Origin: an uncultured Alphaproteobacteria bacterium
Lineage (GTDB): Bacteria > Pseudomonadota > Alphaproteobacteria > RF32 > CAG-239
Direction of reading: 5' to 3'
DNA length: 62,777 bases
Assembly: GCA_944393205.1 (NCBI GenBank)
Contig: CALXZI010000004.1
Location: 1-62,777 of the forward strand
In this document: piece by piece, positions 9,735 to 20,405 of the stretch
Numbering within the stretch: position 1 is the stretch's first letter
Layout of the letters: each line of letters begins with the position of its first letter
Made by a program: the position numbers and the translations under genes
The notes under the pieces: model-generated
Told to the model about the DNA's origin: nothing
The model's database searches: none
The model's input: the letters and a program-made list of their open reading frames with translations, nothing else

Positions 9735-9758
9735 TTTCGGAAATCTTGTTTTGTTTAC

Positions 9759-9791
9759 AAAAAATCCGCCTGCTTCGGGCGGATTTTTTTG
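9759..9791 (+). terminator. Intrinsic terminator
   Basis: AAAAAATCCGCC-loop-GGCGGATTTTTTT. Confidence 0.75.
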
Positions 9792-9870
9792 GTGTAAATG
9801 TTTTAAGACTTGTCAACCGATAAATTATAACTTATTTTAAATTGTATTTTGATTTTTTAAGGAGAAAAAA

Positions 9871-11352
9871 ATGCAACGGTATCGGGTTTTGTTTTGGGGT
9901 ATTGCGTTTTTTCCGGTTATGGCGCAAGCTGCGGAAATAACGGTTGATGAAACTAAAAATAATAATTTAGAAATCAGTGTTTATAATGACAATTTAGCGA
10001 TGGTTAAAGATACGCGCAGTGTTATGCTTAATCAAGGCGAAAACATCGTAGCTTTTGAAAATGTAGCCACGCAAATCAAACCGGAAAGTGCTTTGATTAT
10101 CGGTAAGGGAATTCGTGTTCGGGAACAAAATTATGATTATGATTTGTTGACGACGGAAAATATTATTAATGAGCTTGTCGGTCAACAGGTGAAGACAGTT
10201 GTGGAGAATCCGACAACCGGAGAAAATATTTTTGATCAGGCTAAAATTATTAGCGCGAATTACGGCACGCCGGTGTTGGAATTTTCTTACGGCATTGAAA
10301 CACGTTTTCCGGGGAGAATCGTGTTTGAAAAACTGCCGGAAAATTTACGCGGCAAACCGACGTTAAGCGCAAAAATTGTAAGTACGACCGATGGCTTGAA
10401 AAATTTGTCTTTGGCTTATTTGACGAGCGGTATTTCATGGAAGACAAATTATGTTGCCAAGGTCTCTGATGAAAATAAACTTGATTTGACCGGATGGGTA
10501 ACAATCAACAATCAGTCAGGTGTTGATTATCGTCAGGCCAAGGTTCAGCTGATTGCCGGCAATGTTAATCAGGTGGCTGATTACGGCATCGCACGTCCAA
10601 CCGCCAATCGTGTCATGCTGGCTAAAAGTATGGGCGTTGATATGGGCGTTGCCGAATCCGGTACTGCCTTGCCGCAACAGATAAGCGGGTATCATTTATA
10701 CACTCTGCCGCATAAAACGGACATCAAAGACAATCAAACCAAACAAATTAGCCTGATTGAACAAAACAATGTTCAATATAATAAAGAGGGGCGTTTGATA
10801 TCACCGCTTTATTTGGGCGGAAAAAATGCGGCAAGTTTTGAGAAAAAACATCCGGATTTGTATTATGTGATGTTAAATAACGAATCAGCCAATCTTGGTC
10901 TGCCGCTACCGGCGGGCGTGATGCGTTTTTATGAAAATGATAAAAGCGGCAGTATGCAGTTTATCGGCGAAAATAGTATAAATCATGCGACAAAAGGCGA
11001 AAAAATTGAGTTAAATCTCGGTGAGCTTTTTGATGTTTTTGTTGATGGTAAAATTGCAGCGGTTCATGATGTGTCGGATAAAGAAATTCGGAAAATGAAC
11101 AATGGATGCAGCCGGCACGAGATTGTCCGCGCATATGATGTCGCAGTTGTATTTAACAATGGTGGCAATGTGTCACAGAATATCATTTTTACCCAAAATC
11201 TCAATCCGGAGGCAAAAATCATATCCGAAAGCATTGTCGGTGAGGCTAAAAATGCCAATACGCGGCAATGGAAGGTTACGGTTGCCGCCGGCGGCAAAAT
11301 GCTTTTGACTTATACGGCAGAAATTCCTACGCAGGAACAGATATGTGATTAG
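9871..11352 (+). CDS. DUF4139 (plus DUF4140-like N-terminus) domain protein, secreted
   Basis: Signal peptide. 'EISVYNDNLAMVKDTRSVMLNQGENIVAFENV' and 'LTGWVTINNQSGVDYRQAKVQLIAGNVN' resemble DUF4140/DUF4139 (MuiA-like) signatures. Confidence 0.6.
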   Translation: MQRYRVLFWGIAFFPVMAQAAEITVDETKNNNLEISVYNDNLAMVKDTRSVMLNQGENIVAFENVATQIKPESALIIGKGIRVREQNYDYDLLTTENIINELVGQQVKTVVENPTTGENIFDQAKIISANYGTPVLEFSYGIETRFPGRIVFEKLPENLRGKPTLSAKIVSTTDGLKNLSLAYLTSGISWKTNYVAKVSDENKLDLTGWVTINNQSGVDYRQAKVQLIAGNVNQVADYGIARPTANRVMLAKSMGVDMGVAESGTALPQQISGYHLYTLPHKTDIKDNQTKQISLIEQNNVQYNKEGRLISPLYLGGKNAASFEKKHPDLYYVMLNNESANLGLPLPAGVMRFYENDKSGSMQFIGENSINHATKGEKIELNLGELFDVFVDGKIAAVHDVSDKEIRKMNNGCSRHEIVRAYDVAVVFNNGGNVSQNIIFTQNLNPEAKIISESIVGEAKNANTRQWKVTVAAGGKMLLTYTAEIPTQEQICD

Positions 11353-11366
11353 ATTTCTTTGAGTTT

Positions 11367-11393
11367 AAGGGCGTCTTGAGCGACGCCCTTTTT
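11367..11393 (+). terminator. Intrinsic terminator
   Basis: AAGGGCGTC-TTGAGC-GACGCCCTT followed by TTT. Confidence 0.75.
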
Positions 11394-11451
11394 GATTGCA
11401 ATTATCTGCAATTTGTGCTACCATAAATCTACATATCAAGGGAGAAAAAAC

Positions 11452-12216
11452 ATGGCTGAAGATAAAGAACAACAAAATAAAAATGATGATTTGGAAAAAT
11501 ATTACAGCTTTACTTATTCAGAAAGTGAACATCGGAAGATAGATGGTCTGCCATATTTTGAGAGTGTACGAGCCGTTCTTAAACAAGTCAAAAAAGTTCA
11601 GGAAAAAGTGCGCGATATGCGTCGTGATTTGCGAAAAAAGTTACGCACGCTTCGGCAACAAAAGAATCAAGTTGCAAAAACATCGCGGCGAAAAGACGGT
11701 AAAGCTGATGAAAATTTGATTGAGGCAGATATTCATTTTTGCGAAGGAGCTATAAAAGACGGTCGGTACATTGAAGAAAAATCAACAAATGATCAACGTC
11801 ATCTAGAATATATTTTAGATGACAAAAAAGAACATTCTTATTCAGTGATTACCGATGTGGCCTTGAAGCCTCTGCCCAGTACACGTGCCAATAATATGGG
11901 TAAAAAACCCAAACAGAATCAGCCGCAAGATGAACCGAACACAAAACCGTCCGGCGATGAAATCGGCGATCAAAAAGCTTCGGGTGCAGAAGATAAAAGC
12001 GCGTTGGTGTCAGAACGTTTGGAAGCAGCTCGGCAAGCGATACAAAACAAAAAAACAAAAACTCCGGAAAAACATGGGGCAGACATCGGGCAAAAAGATA
12101 TTCAAAATCTGCGGCGCGGCAAAGCATTAAACACACCTGATGCGTCAAAAAAAATCAGAGCCGATACAGGTAATTCAATGCCGCATTTGCAGGATTATGC
12201 CAGAGGCGACAGATAA
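11452..12216 (+). CDS. Highly charged (K/E/Q/D-rich) hypothetical protein
   Basis: AAGGGAG RBS before the ATG at 11452. The upstream part of the track ORF overlaps the terminator. Confidence 0.5.
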   Translation: MAEDKEQQNKNDDLEKYYSFTYSESEHRKIDGLPYFESVRAVLKQVKKVQEKVRDMRRDLRKKLRTLRQQKNQVAKTSRRKDGKADENLIEADIHFCEGAIKDGRYIEEKSTNDQRHLEYILDDKKEHSYSVITDVALKPLPSTRANNMGKKPKQNQPQDEPNTKPSGDEIGDQKASGAEDKSALVSERLEAARQAIQNKKTKTPEKHGADIGQKDIQNLRRGKALNTPDASKKIRADTGNSMPHLQDYARGDR

Positions 12217-12236
12217 ATATATTTTGGATTTTTAGA

Positions 12237-12272
12237 TAAAAAAACACTCCTGTTTTTTGCAGGAGTGTTTTT
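12237..12272. terminator. Bidirectional intrinsic terminator
   Basis: A-run, CACTCCTG-loop-CAGGAGTG, T-run. Confidence 0.7.
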
Positions 12273-12290
12273 CATATAAGATAATTTATC

Positions 12291-12515
12291 TTATTTTTTG
12301 CTGCTTGTTTTTGATGTGCTTTTAGAAGCTGTCTTTTTTGAAGAAGAGCTTGAAGAAGAACAAGATTTTTTGCAAGCAGATTTTTTAGAATTTGATTTAG
12401 AACAAGAAGAAAGTTGTTCTACAGCCATAGACCAGAATTTTTCATCTTGTCCGGACGGGCAGCCGGCGTTTTGCCATAAATAGTAAGCTGCTTCCTTGAT
12501 ATATTTTTCGTTCAT
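12291..12515 (-). CDS. DUF2934 domain protein with Ser/Lys-rich C-terminal tail
   Basis: 'IKEAAYYLWQNAGCPSGQDEKFWSMAVEQL' fits the DUF2934 consensus (AYxxWxxxGxPxGxxxxxWxxAE). GGAG RBS before the ATG at 12515. Confidence 0.6.
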   Translation of the reverse strand: MNEKYIKEAAYYLWQNAGCPSGQDEKFWSMAVEQLSSCSKSNSKKSACKKSCSSSSSSSKKTASKSTSKTSSKK

Positions 12516-12697
12516 ATTGATACTCCAATAATAGGTTCTAAACATTGCTTAATATATATGCAAAAATTTTATCAGTCAATATTAAATACATATAAAATGT
12601 ATAGTTATTTTCTTGCATTTAAAATGAGTTGCCTTTATAGATATAAATTGTGTATTCAATCTGATATTATTTTGACTATATCACATCAGGAGGTCTA

Positions 12698-14896
12698 ATG
12701 GAAAATTTATTATCCAAAGAAGAAATGAACGCCATCATTGACGGCGACCACGGTAATGTTTTTGCAGTGCTGGGAATCCATCGCGATAAGGGCAGCAAAA
12801 ATGTCTTTATCCGTACTTATCAACCGCATACAAAAGCTGTGGAACTTTTAGATGAAAACGATAACTTTTTAGGAAAAATGACCTGTCTTGACGAACGGGG
12901 ATTTTATCAAATCAATCTTGGTATACGTGCAAATTTTAAATACCGTTTTCGCATTACAAATGATTTGGACGATGTTTACATCAGAGAGGATACGTATCGT
13001 TTTCAACCGACATTGGGTGATATAGATATTTATCTTTTTGCGGAAGGAAACCATCACGATATATATAAAAAACTCGGCGCGCATCTTATGGAAATGGACG
13101 GCGTTAAAGGTGTTGGTTTTGCCGTGTGGGCGCCAAACGCCAAACGAGTTTCGGTTGTCGGAAATTTTAATGCTTGGGATGGTCGTGTTGATGTGATGCG
13201 CAAACATCCGACCTGCGGTATTTGGGATATTTTTATTCCGGGAATTGGTGAGGGCGAAGTTTATAAATATGAAATTAAGACACAACAAAATTATATTTTG
13301 TGCAAGTCTGATCCGGTCGGATTTTATGCCGAGAAGCGTCCAAAGACGGCTTCCATTGTGTATGATTTGAATCATTATAATTGGAATGATCGTGAATGGA
13401 TGACGTATCGGGAATCGTACAACAGCTTTGATAAGCCGCTGTCTATTTATGAAGTTCATTTGGGCTCATGGCGGCGTAAAGGTGAGCATGGTGAAGAGTA
13501 TCTGACATATCGTGAATTTGCTGACTATCTGGTGCCGTATGTGGTGAATATGGGTTTTACGCATGTTGAATTTTTGCCGTTGTGCGAACATCCACTGGAC
13601 GCTTCATGGGGTTACCAAGTGACCGGTCTGTTTGCTCCCACGTCGCGTTTCGGCACGCCGGATGATTTCAGATATATGATTGATAAATTTCATCAAGCTA
13701 ATATTGGGGTGATTATGGATTGGGTACCAGCACACTTCCCGAAAGACGGACACGGATTGGTGGAGTTTGACGGAACACATTTGTATGAACATGCCGATCC
13801 ACGCAAAGGAGAACACAAGGATTGGGGAACCAAAATCTATAATTATGGTCGCACTGAAGTGTGCAATATTTTATGCGCCAGCGCTTTATATTGGATGAAG
13901 GAATATCATATTGACGGATTGCGGGTTGATGCCGTGGCTTCCATGTTGTATCTTGATTATTCACGCAAACCGGGCGAATGGATACCGAATCAATACGGTG
14001 GAAACGAAAATTTGGAAGCAATTTCATTTTTGCGTAAAATGAATGAACTTGTTTATGGCGAAAATCACGGTGTGTTGACTTGCGCCGAAGAATCCACCGC
14101 ATGGCCGATGGTATCGCGTCCGACATCCATGGGTGGTTTAGGGTTCGGTTATAAGTGGAATATGGGGTGGATGAACGATACATTGCGTTATATCAGTCAC
14201 GAACCGGTTCATCGTAAATATCACCATGGTCTTCTGACTTTCGGTTTGTTGTATGCGTTTAATGAGAATTTTATTCTGCCGATTTCACATGACGAAGTGG
14301 TTCATGGCAAAGGTTCCATGCTCGGAAAAATGCCGGGGGATGAGTGGCAAAAGTTTGCCAACCTACGTGCTTATTACGGTTTTATGTGGACACATCCGGG
14401 AAAGAAACTTTTATTTATGGGCTGTGAGTTTGGGCAGGATTGGGAATGGAATGCCGAAGAAAGTTTGCGTTGGCATTTGCTAGACTATCCGATGTATAGG
14501 GGGATGCAAAATTGCGTGCGCGATTTAAACTTGATGTATAAAGGCAATGCTCCGTTGTATGAGGTTGATTTTGATTATCACGGGTTTGAGTGGATTGACC
14601 ATTCGGATTGTGATGACAGTGTCATCTCGTACATCCGCCGCGGTCATAATCCGGATGATTATTTGATTGTTATATGCAATTTTACGCCGGTCGTGCGTCA
14701 TAATTTCAGAATTGGGGTTAACGAAGCCTGCCGCTATCAGGAAATTTTTAACAGTGATGATAAAAACTACTGGGGAAGCGGTGTTAAAAACGAAGGCTTG
14801 TTGGAAGCACAAGGACAGGGGTGGAATATGAAACCGTTTTCCATTGAAGTGGTTTTGCCGCCGCTTTCTACCATCGTAATTAAACCGATCAGATGA
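12698..14896 (+). CDS. glgB: 1,4-alpha-glucan branching enzyme
   Basis: 732 aa. GH13 motifs 'DWVPAHF', '[12 protein letters not shown]', 'AEESTAWP' and 'SHDEVVHGK'. GGAGG RBS. Confidence 0.95.
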   Translation: MENLLSKEEMNAIIDGDHGNVFAVLGIHRDKGSKNVFIRTYQPHTKAVELLDENDNFLGKMTCLDERGFYQINLGIRANFKYRFRITNDLDDVYIREDTYRFQPTLGDIDIYLFAEGNHHDIYKKLGAHLMEMDGVKGVGFAVWAPNAKRVSVVGNFNAWDGRVDVMRKHPTCGIWDIFIPGIGEGEVYKYEIKTQQNYILCKSDPVGFYAEKRPKTASIVYDLNHYNWNDREWMTYRESYNSFDKPLSIYEVHLGSWRRKGEHGEEYLTYREFADYLVPYVVNMGFTHVEFLPLCEHPLDASWGYQVTGLFAPTSRFGTPDDFRYMIDKFHQANIGVIMDWVPAHFPKDGHGLVEFDGTHLYEHADPRKGEHKDWGTKIYNYGRTEVCNILCASALYWMKEYHIDGLRVDAVASMLYLDYSRKPGEWIPNQYGGNENLEAISFLRKMNELVYGENHGVLTCAEESTAWPMVSRPTSMGGLGFGYKWNMGWMNDTLRYISHEPVHRKYHHGLLTFGLLYAFNENFILPISHDEVVHGKGSMLGKMPGDEWQKFANLRAYYGFMWTHPGKKLLFMGCEFGQDWEWNAEESLRWHLLDYPMYRGMQNCVRDLNLMYKGNAPLYEVDFDYHGFEWIDHSDCDDSVISYIRRGHNPDDYLIVICNFTPVVRHNFRIGVNEACRYQEIFNSDDKNYWGSGVKNEGLLEAQGQGWNMKPFSIEVVLPPLSTIVIKPIR

Positions 14897-14968
14897 TTCA
14901 TAGGTAATTTGTTAATCTTTTTATGCTATTAAATTCTTTGATGGATTGTCTAGCTAAAAGGAGAACAT

Positions 14969-17041
14969 ATGCTGTCCGTTAAAATTCGCTCCGGAAAAGC
15001 TTATCCGCTGGGGGCAACTTATGATGGAAAAGGTGTGAATTTCGCTCTGTTCTCGGCGCATGCCGAAAAGGTGGAGTTGTGCTTGTTTGACAGAAGCGGC
15101 ACGGAAGAACAACTACGGGTTGCCATTACTGAAAACGACCATAATATTTGGCACGCATATGTTCAGGGACTTGAACCCGGACAGGTATACGGATATCGGG
15201 TGTATGGACCGTATGATCCGTTAAACGGCAAACGTTTTAATCCTAATAAATTGTTGTTAGACCCTTATGCCCGAAAAGTTACGGGAAAACTTATTTGGCA
15301 TAAGGCTATTTTTGGTTATGATCTTGACAGTCCGGATAAAGATCTTTCTTTTTCGGAACTTGACAGCGCGCCGTATGTGCCAAAATCTATCGTTACCGCC
15401 AATGATTTTAATTGGGATGATGATGAACACCCGAGCTGCCCTTTTAGCGAGAGCGTTATTTATGAGCTGCATCCGAAAGGGTTTACGCTTTTGCATCCCA
15501 GAGTAGAAGACATGAGCCGCGGAAAATTTTCCGGACTGGCGTCAAAGAGTATTCTCAATTATCTCAAATGGCTCGGCGTTACAGCAGTTGAGCTTTTGCC
15601 GTCACAGGCTTTTTTCAGAGATAAAGTTGGACGCGATAATGTCAATTATTGGGGGTATGAAACATTGGCGTTTTTTGCACCGGAACCGTCTTATTTGACA
15701 AACGGTAAGATTGATGAATTTAAGTCCATGGTCAAAACCTTACATAAACACGGTTTGGAAGTTATTATGGATGTGGTGTATAATCATACCGGTGAGGGAA
15801 ATCAACTCGGGCCGACTTTATGTTATCGCGGCATTGATAATGAAAGTTATTATACGTTGGATAAAGATAACAGACGTTTTTACTATGACAGCACCGGTTG
15901 CGGGGCTTCATTCAACGTTCAGAATCCTTATGTTCTTACTTTGGTTATGGACTCGTTGCGATATTGGGTTGAAGAAATGCACGTTGATGGTTTCAGGCTT
16001 GATTTGGCGCCGAGTTTAAGCCGCGTTGGGACAAACTTTACGCAAAACAGCGGGTTTTTATTGGCAGCCCGACAAGATGAGGTCTTGAGAAAGATTAAAA
16101 TGATTGCCGAGCCATGGGATATCGGTATGGGCGGGTATCAAATCGGTGCTTATCCTCCGGGCTGGGCAGAATGGAATGATAAATTTCGGGATGTCGTACG
16201 GCGTTTTTGGCGCGGCGATGAGCATCAGATTGGGGAAATGGCTAGCCGTATTTCCGGATCAAGCGATGTTTTTGGCTATAACAATCGCAATTTATGGAGC
16301 AGTATCAATTTTATTACAGCGCATGACGGATTTAATCTGCATGATTTGGTCAGTTATGACCATAAACATAATGAAGCCAATGGCGAGAGTAATTGCGACG
16401 GAAGCAATGCCAACTGGAGTTGGAACTCCGGTTTGGAAGGGATGACGGAAGATACTAAAGTCAATGAAAATCGTTTGATGAGAGCCCGCGCCATGATGGC
16501 AACTTTGATGCTTTCGTTCGGAACGCCGATGATGTTCGCCGGCGATGAGTTTGCCAATACACAATTCGGCAATAACAATCCTTATTGTCAGGATAATATA
16601 ATTACGTGGATTGTATGGGAAGCCATTACAATGCAAGATCGTCATTTTGCTCGCTATGTTCGTAGCTTGATAAAATTACGGCACCGTTTGAACGTCTTTA
16701 AAAATGAACATTTTTTTGACGGTCTTCCCGTTAATAAAAAAGGTTTTAAGGATTTGGCTTGGTATACGGAAAACGGTACGGAATTTTCCGGCGGAGATTG
16801 GAATATTTCCGATCGGCGATCCTTGGCTTATTTGACCTATGTTCCCGGACGCTTGTTCTTTGTAATTTTTAATGCTGATAGTAAAGAAATTGCATGGAAA
16901 CTTCCGTTATTAAAACGCACCAAAAAATGGAAAACGATTTTGGATAGTTCCGGAAAATTTAATTTGCGTATAAAACCTGAAGCCGGAAAAATAATCAAGG
17001 TACCGGCGTGGTCGGTGTTGGCGATGGAAATTACCGTTTGA
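14969..17041 (+). CDS. glgX: Glycogen debranching enzyme (isoamylase-type)
   Basis: 690 aa. 'YPLGATYDGKGVNFALFS' N-terminus, 'DVVYNHT', 'GFRLDLA', 'EPWD' and 'FITAHDGF' are GH13 GlgX motifs. Confidence 0.93.
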   Translation: MLSVKIRSGKAYPLGATYDGKGVNFALFSAHAEKVELCLFDRSGTEEQLRVAITENDHNIWHAYVQGLEPGQVYGYRVYGPYDPLNGKRFNPNKLLLDPYARKVTGKLIWHKAIFGYDLDSPDKDLSFSELDSAPYVPKSIVTANDFNWDDDEHPSCPFSESVIYELHPKGFTLLHPRVEDMSRGKFSGLASKSILNYLKWLGVTAVELLPSQAFFRDKVGRDNVNYWGYETLAFFAPEPSYLTNGKIDEFKSMVKTLHKHGLEVIMDVVYNHTGEGNQLGPTLCYRGIDNESYYTLDKDNRRFYYDSTGCGASFNVQNPYVLTLVMDSLRYWVEEMHVDGFRLDLAPSLSRVGTNFTQNSGFLLAARQDEVLRKIKMIAEPWDIGMGGYQIGAYPPGWAEWNDKFRDVVRRFWRGDEHQIGEMASRISGSSDVFGYNNRNLWSSINFITAHDGFNLHDLVSYDHKHNEANGESNCDGSNANWSWNSGLEGMTEDTKVNENRLMRARAMMATLMLSFGTPMMFAGDEFANTQFGNNNPYCQDNIITWIVWEAITMQDRHFARYVRSLIKLRHRLNVFKNEHFFDGLPVNKKGFKDLAWYTENGTEFSGGDWNISDRRSLAYLTYVPGRLFFVIFNADSKEIAWKLPLLKRTKKWKTILDSSGKFNLRIKPEAGKIIKVPAWSVLAMEITV

Positions 17042-17089
17042 GTTTTGTGTTGCAGATTAAATGTTGATATCGGGATAAGGAGAGAGCTC

Positions 17090-19249
17090 ATGGATGAAAA
17101 TTTGTGTTTGTTGGCAAACAAACTTGGTATTGCACGATATTTCTCCGATAACGGTCTTTGCAAGCACACTTATGAAGTGCGTGAAGATGTTATTAAATTT
17201 TTCTGTACGCAATATGGGTTTAATGTCAGAACGAAAGAAGATGTATTAGTTTCTTTGCAACGGGCAGAGTCGGCGGTGTGGAAAAAAACATTTGAGAGTA
17301 TTGTTGTTGTCCGCGCCGATGATTTGACTTTTACAGCCGTACTGGATAAAAAACTCATTTATGAACCGATAACTCTTCGGGTTTTTCCTCGTTATGTTCA
17401 AAATAAAAACGAACCGGCGCGTGAACCAGCTTTTAAAATGAAAATTGAAGGGGAAAAAAAACTCGCCGGCGGTAAAGAAAAAGCGATGGTTCGTTTTATT
17501 TTGCAAGATAAACTTGCGTATGGCTATTATGATATGGTTTTGGAATGCGGAGAAGAAAAACATTTAACCATTTTGGCCGTGGCTCCGGAAAAATGTTATA
17601 CAACACAAGATGTGGAAAACGCTAAACTTTGGGGTTACAGTTTACAACTATATTCCTTAAAAAGTCGTCGCAACTGGGGCGTTGGCGATTTTACAGATTT
17701 GGCGGATTTTGCTGCTTTGTGCGCAAAATCCGGTGCGGACGTCATCGGTCTTAATCCGCTCAATGTTTTAAATCATGATTCACCTGAAGACGCCAGCCCT
17801 TATTCTTCTGTCAGCCGTTTATTTTTAAATCCAATTTATATTGACGTGGAAAATGTTCCGGGTTTTGACGCTGTTAAGAATAATGCCTTACGCCAAGAAA
17901 TCAATGAGGTAAAACAAGGGGCATTGATAGATTATACCAAAGTTTATTGCCTGAAAATAAAAATGTTGCAAAAGTTGTTTGCTCGGATGCAAAAATACGG
18001 GACTTATTATGAAGATTTTCAACGTTTTAAACAGGGCAAAGGTCGTGATTTGGAATTGTTGGCAACATATCAAGCCATACGCCATATTCAGGCTACGGAG
18101 TATGGCATACGGGAAGGGTGGCATGCTTGGGAGAAAAATTTGCAAACGCCGGAAACCTTGAAAGTGGCAATATTTCGGGAACAACATCAGGATTTGATAG
18201 AATTTTTCAAGTTTTTACAGTTTGAAGCAGACAGGCAGTTAAAAAATGTCCATGATAAAATCAAATCCCTTGGGTTAAAAATAGGTCTGTATCGTGATTT
18301 GCCGGTTGGCGTGAGTAAAGACAGCGCCGAATTGTGGGCGGACAGGTATGTTTTTATGAAAAATTCAGGAGCCGGAGCTCCGCCGGATGCATTTTTTACA
18401 CAGGGGCAAAAATGGTGTTTGGGCGCATTTGATCCGTATGAACTTAAAAATAGGGCTTATGAACCGTATTTAAAAATTTTGCGGGCAAATATGGCCTATG
18501 CCGGAGCATTACGCATGGATCACGTGATGAGTTTGATGCGTTTGTTTATGATTCCAGATGATCAACAAGAGGGAACATATATTTCTTATAATTTTGACGA
18601 TATGCTCAATTTGTTGGCTTTGGAAAGCCATCTCAATAAATGTATCATTGTGGGGGAAAGTATCGGTATTGTGCCGGAGGGGTTTTTGGATAAAATCAGT
18701 GTAAGAAATATTTATTCCATCAGTGTTTTGTGGACGGAACGTTGGAACGGCGGTTGCGGTGATTTCAAAATGCCGAAAGATTATCCCGATAAGGCTTTCA
18801 TCTCAGTCGGCACACATGATATGGCGCCTCTGAAAATGTGGTGGTTTGGCTATGATATTGAATTAAAATATTCCTTAAAAATGATGACAGATGAGGAAAA
18901 ATCAGCTGCATACAAGGTTCGTGAAAAGGATAGATATATGTTGTTGGCCGCTCTTGATTATAATCAGGTATGGCCGCTTGACAGGCCGCGTCAGGGGAAT
19001 TATTTATACGGAGAAGGCTATCCGGAAGGGATTGAAGAAGCTGTTCATAAACTGATGGCTAAAGCACCCAGCAAAGTGGTTATGCTTCAGCTTGAAGATG
19101 TTTTTCATGTAGATGAAATGCAAAATCTTCCGGGAACGGATCGTGATGTGTATCCGAATTGGCGTCACCGTCTGCCGATTGATCTGGAAGATTACAGCGA
19201 ATCGGAGGCGTTTTTGCGTAATATGCACGCGGTTAAAAGCGAGAGATGA
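17090..19249 (+). CDS. malQ: 4-alpha-glucanotransferase (amylomaltase, long form)
   Basis: GH77 motifs 'WGVGDFTDL', 'LNPL', 'SPYSS', 'LRMDHVMSL', 'GESIG' and 'GTHDM'. The ATG at 17090 follows AAGGAGAG; the track start at 17045 is TTG without an RBS. Confidence 0.9.
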   Translation: MDENLCLLANKLGIARYFSDNGLCKHTYEVREDVIKFFCTQYGFNVRTKEDVLVSLQRAESAVWKKTFESIVVVRADDLTFTAVLDKKLIYEPITLRVFPRYVQNKNEPAREPAFKMKIEGEKKLAGGKEKAMVRFILQDKLAYGYYDMVLECGEEKHLTILAVAPEKCYTTQDVENAKLWGYSLQLYSLKSRRNWGVGDFTDLADFAALCAKSGADVIGLNPLNVLNHDSPEDASPYSSVSRLFLNPIYIDVENVPGFDAVKNNALRQEINEVKQGALIDYTKVYCLKIKMLQKLFARMQKYGTYYEDFQRFKQGKGRDLELLATYQAIRHIQATEYGIREGWHAWEKNLQTPETLKVAIFREQHQDLIEFFKFLQFEADRQLKNVHDKIKSLGLKIGLYRDLPVGVSKDSAELWADRYVFMKNSGAGAPPDAFFTQGQKWCLGAFDPYELKNRAYEPYLKILRANMAYAGALRMDHVMSLMRLFMIPDDQQEGTYISYNFDDMLNLLALESHLNKCIIVGESIGIVPEGFLDKISVRNIYSISVLWTERWNGGCGDFKMPKDYPDKAFISVGTHDMAPLKMWWFGYDIELKYSLKMMTDEEKSAAYKVREKDRYMLLAALDYNQVWPLDRPRQGNYLYGEGYPEGIEEAVHKLMAKAPSKVVMLQLEDVFHVDEMQNLPGTDRDVYPNWRHRLPIDLEDYSESEAFLRNMHAVKSER

Positions 19250-19266
19250 TTTGAACGGATAATGGT

Positions 19267-19662
19267 ATGAAACTTTTAAATACGAAAAAAAAGAAAATTT
19301 TGGCTGCATCGTTTGTTGTTGCCGTTATATGGGCGGGTGTTGAGTTTTGGGCAAAACAGCAAATAGAGCAATGTCTGGAAAATGCATTGATTTGGGATTA
19401 TGATGAAAATCGTTGTCGGGATGATTGCCTGAAATGGGGCGAAGGATTTGGCTGCATTAAATTGACAGCGGAAGAAACAGCAACCATCAAGGAATGTCGT
19501 TTTAAAACGGATTGCATCACTAATGATATGATACGTACAATCTGCTTGCGCAATGGCAAGGCTTATAATGAAGGCAACCGTAATTGTCGTTATGATTTTA
19601 AACCGGAATTGTGCTACAAGCTTTCCGGAACATGGACCTATCCCGAACTTTGTGATGAATAA
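19267..19662 (+). CDS. Cys-rich membrane-anchored/secreted hypothetical protein
   Basis: N-terminal hydrophobic segment and multiple Cys in the remainder. No family recognised. Confidence 0.45.
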   Translation: MKLLNTKKKKILAASFVVAVIWAGVEFWAKQQIEQCLENALIWDYDENRCRDDCLKWGEGFGCIKLTAEETATIKECRFKTDCITNDMIRTICLRNGKAYNEGNRNCRYDFKPELCYKLSGTWTYPELCDE

Positions 19663-19668
19663 ATGAAC

Positions 19669-20403
19669 TTATTTTCGGCGAAAATGGTTGATAATGCCAT
19701 AAAACGTATTTAATTCTTGTTCCGTTAAGCGGCTACGCGTGAAAATATTGTGAAGATTACGCATGAGCGTCGGTCGCTTTTCATCGTCTTGAAGATTTTT
19801 GTAATCAGCAAGCGAATCTTCTAAAAAGTCAAGAAATTTAAACAAATGTTCTTTATCGGCCGGCGTGGTGGCGTTGGTGATAAATTGTTCGGCCGGCGTG
19901 TTGATTTGTGTTTTGTACCATTCATAACCGACCAGAAGCACAGCTTGAGATAAATTTAATGAGCAATGTTCGGGATTGAGCGGGATTTCAATAATGGCAT
20001 CGGCTAAAGATATGTCATTGTTTTCTAATCCGGTCCGTTCAGGACCAAATAAGACTCCGCATTTCCCGTCGGCTTTTAGGGAATTATTAATCATTTCAGC
20101 TGCTTTTTCGGCGGTAAATACGCTTTTGATTTGATTGCGATGACGTGCCGTTGTCGCATATACTTCACTTAAATCAGCAACAGCTTCATGGATGGTGTTA
20201 AAAACGACGGCATTTTGTAATATTTTGTCGGCACCGGAAGATGCTGCCAATGCTTTGGGCGAAAGATGACTTTCGCGCGGGCAAACCAACCGCAATTCAT
20301 ATAAAGCGCAGTTCATCATAGCGCGTGCGGCCATACCAATATTTTCAGCCATTTGCGGATGAACCAAAATGATGATTGGCTGTGGTAAATGTTGTAAAGC
20401 CAT
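19669..20403 (-). CDS. trmJ: SpoU/TrmH-family RNA 2'-O-methyltransferase, TrmJ-like
   Basis: 'IILVHPQMAENIGMAARAMMNCALYELRLVCP' and 'VLFGPERTGL' are SPOUT class motifs. About 245 aa, like TrmJ. Confidence 0.72.
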   Translation of the reverse strand: MALQHLPQPIIILVHPQMAENIGMAARAMMNCALYELRLVCPRESHLSPKALAASSGADKILQNAVVFNTIHEAVADLSEVYATTARHRNQIKSVFTAEKAAEMINNSLKADGKCGVLFGPERTGLENNDISLADAIIEIPLNPEHCSLNLSQAVLLVGYEWYKTQINTPAEQFITNATTPADKEHLFKFLDFLEDSLADYKNLQDDEKRPTLMRNLHNIFTRSRLTEQELNTFYGIINHFRRK

Positions 20404-20405
20404 AA

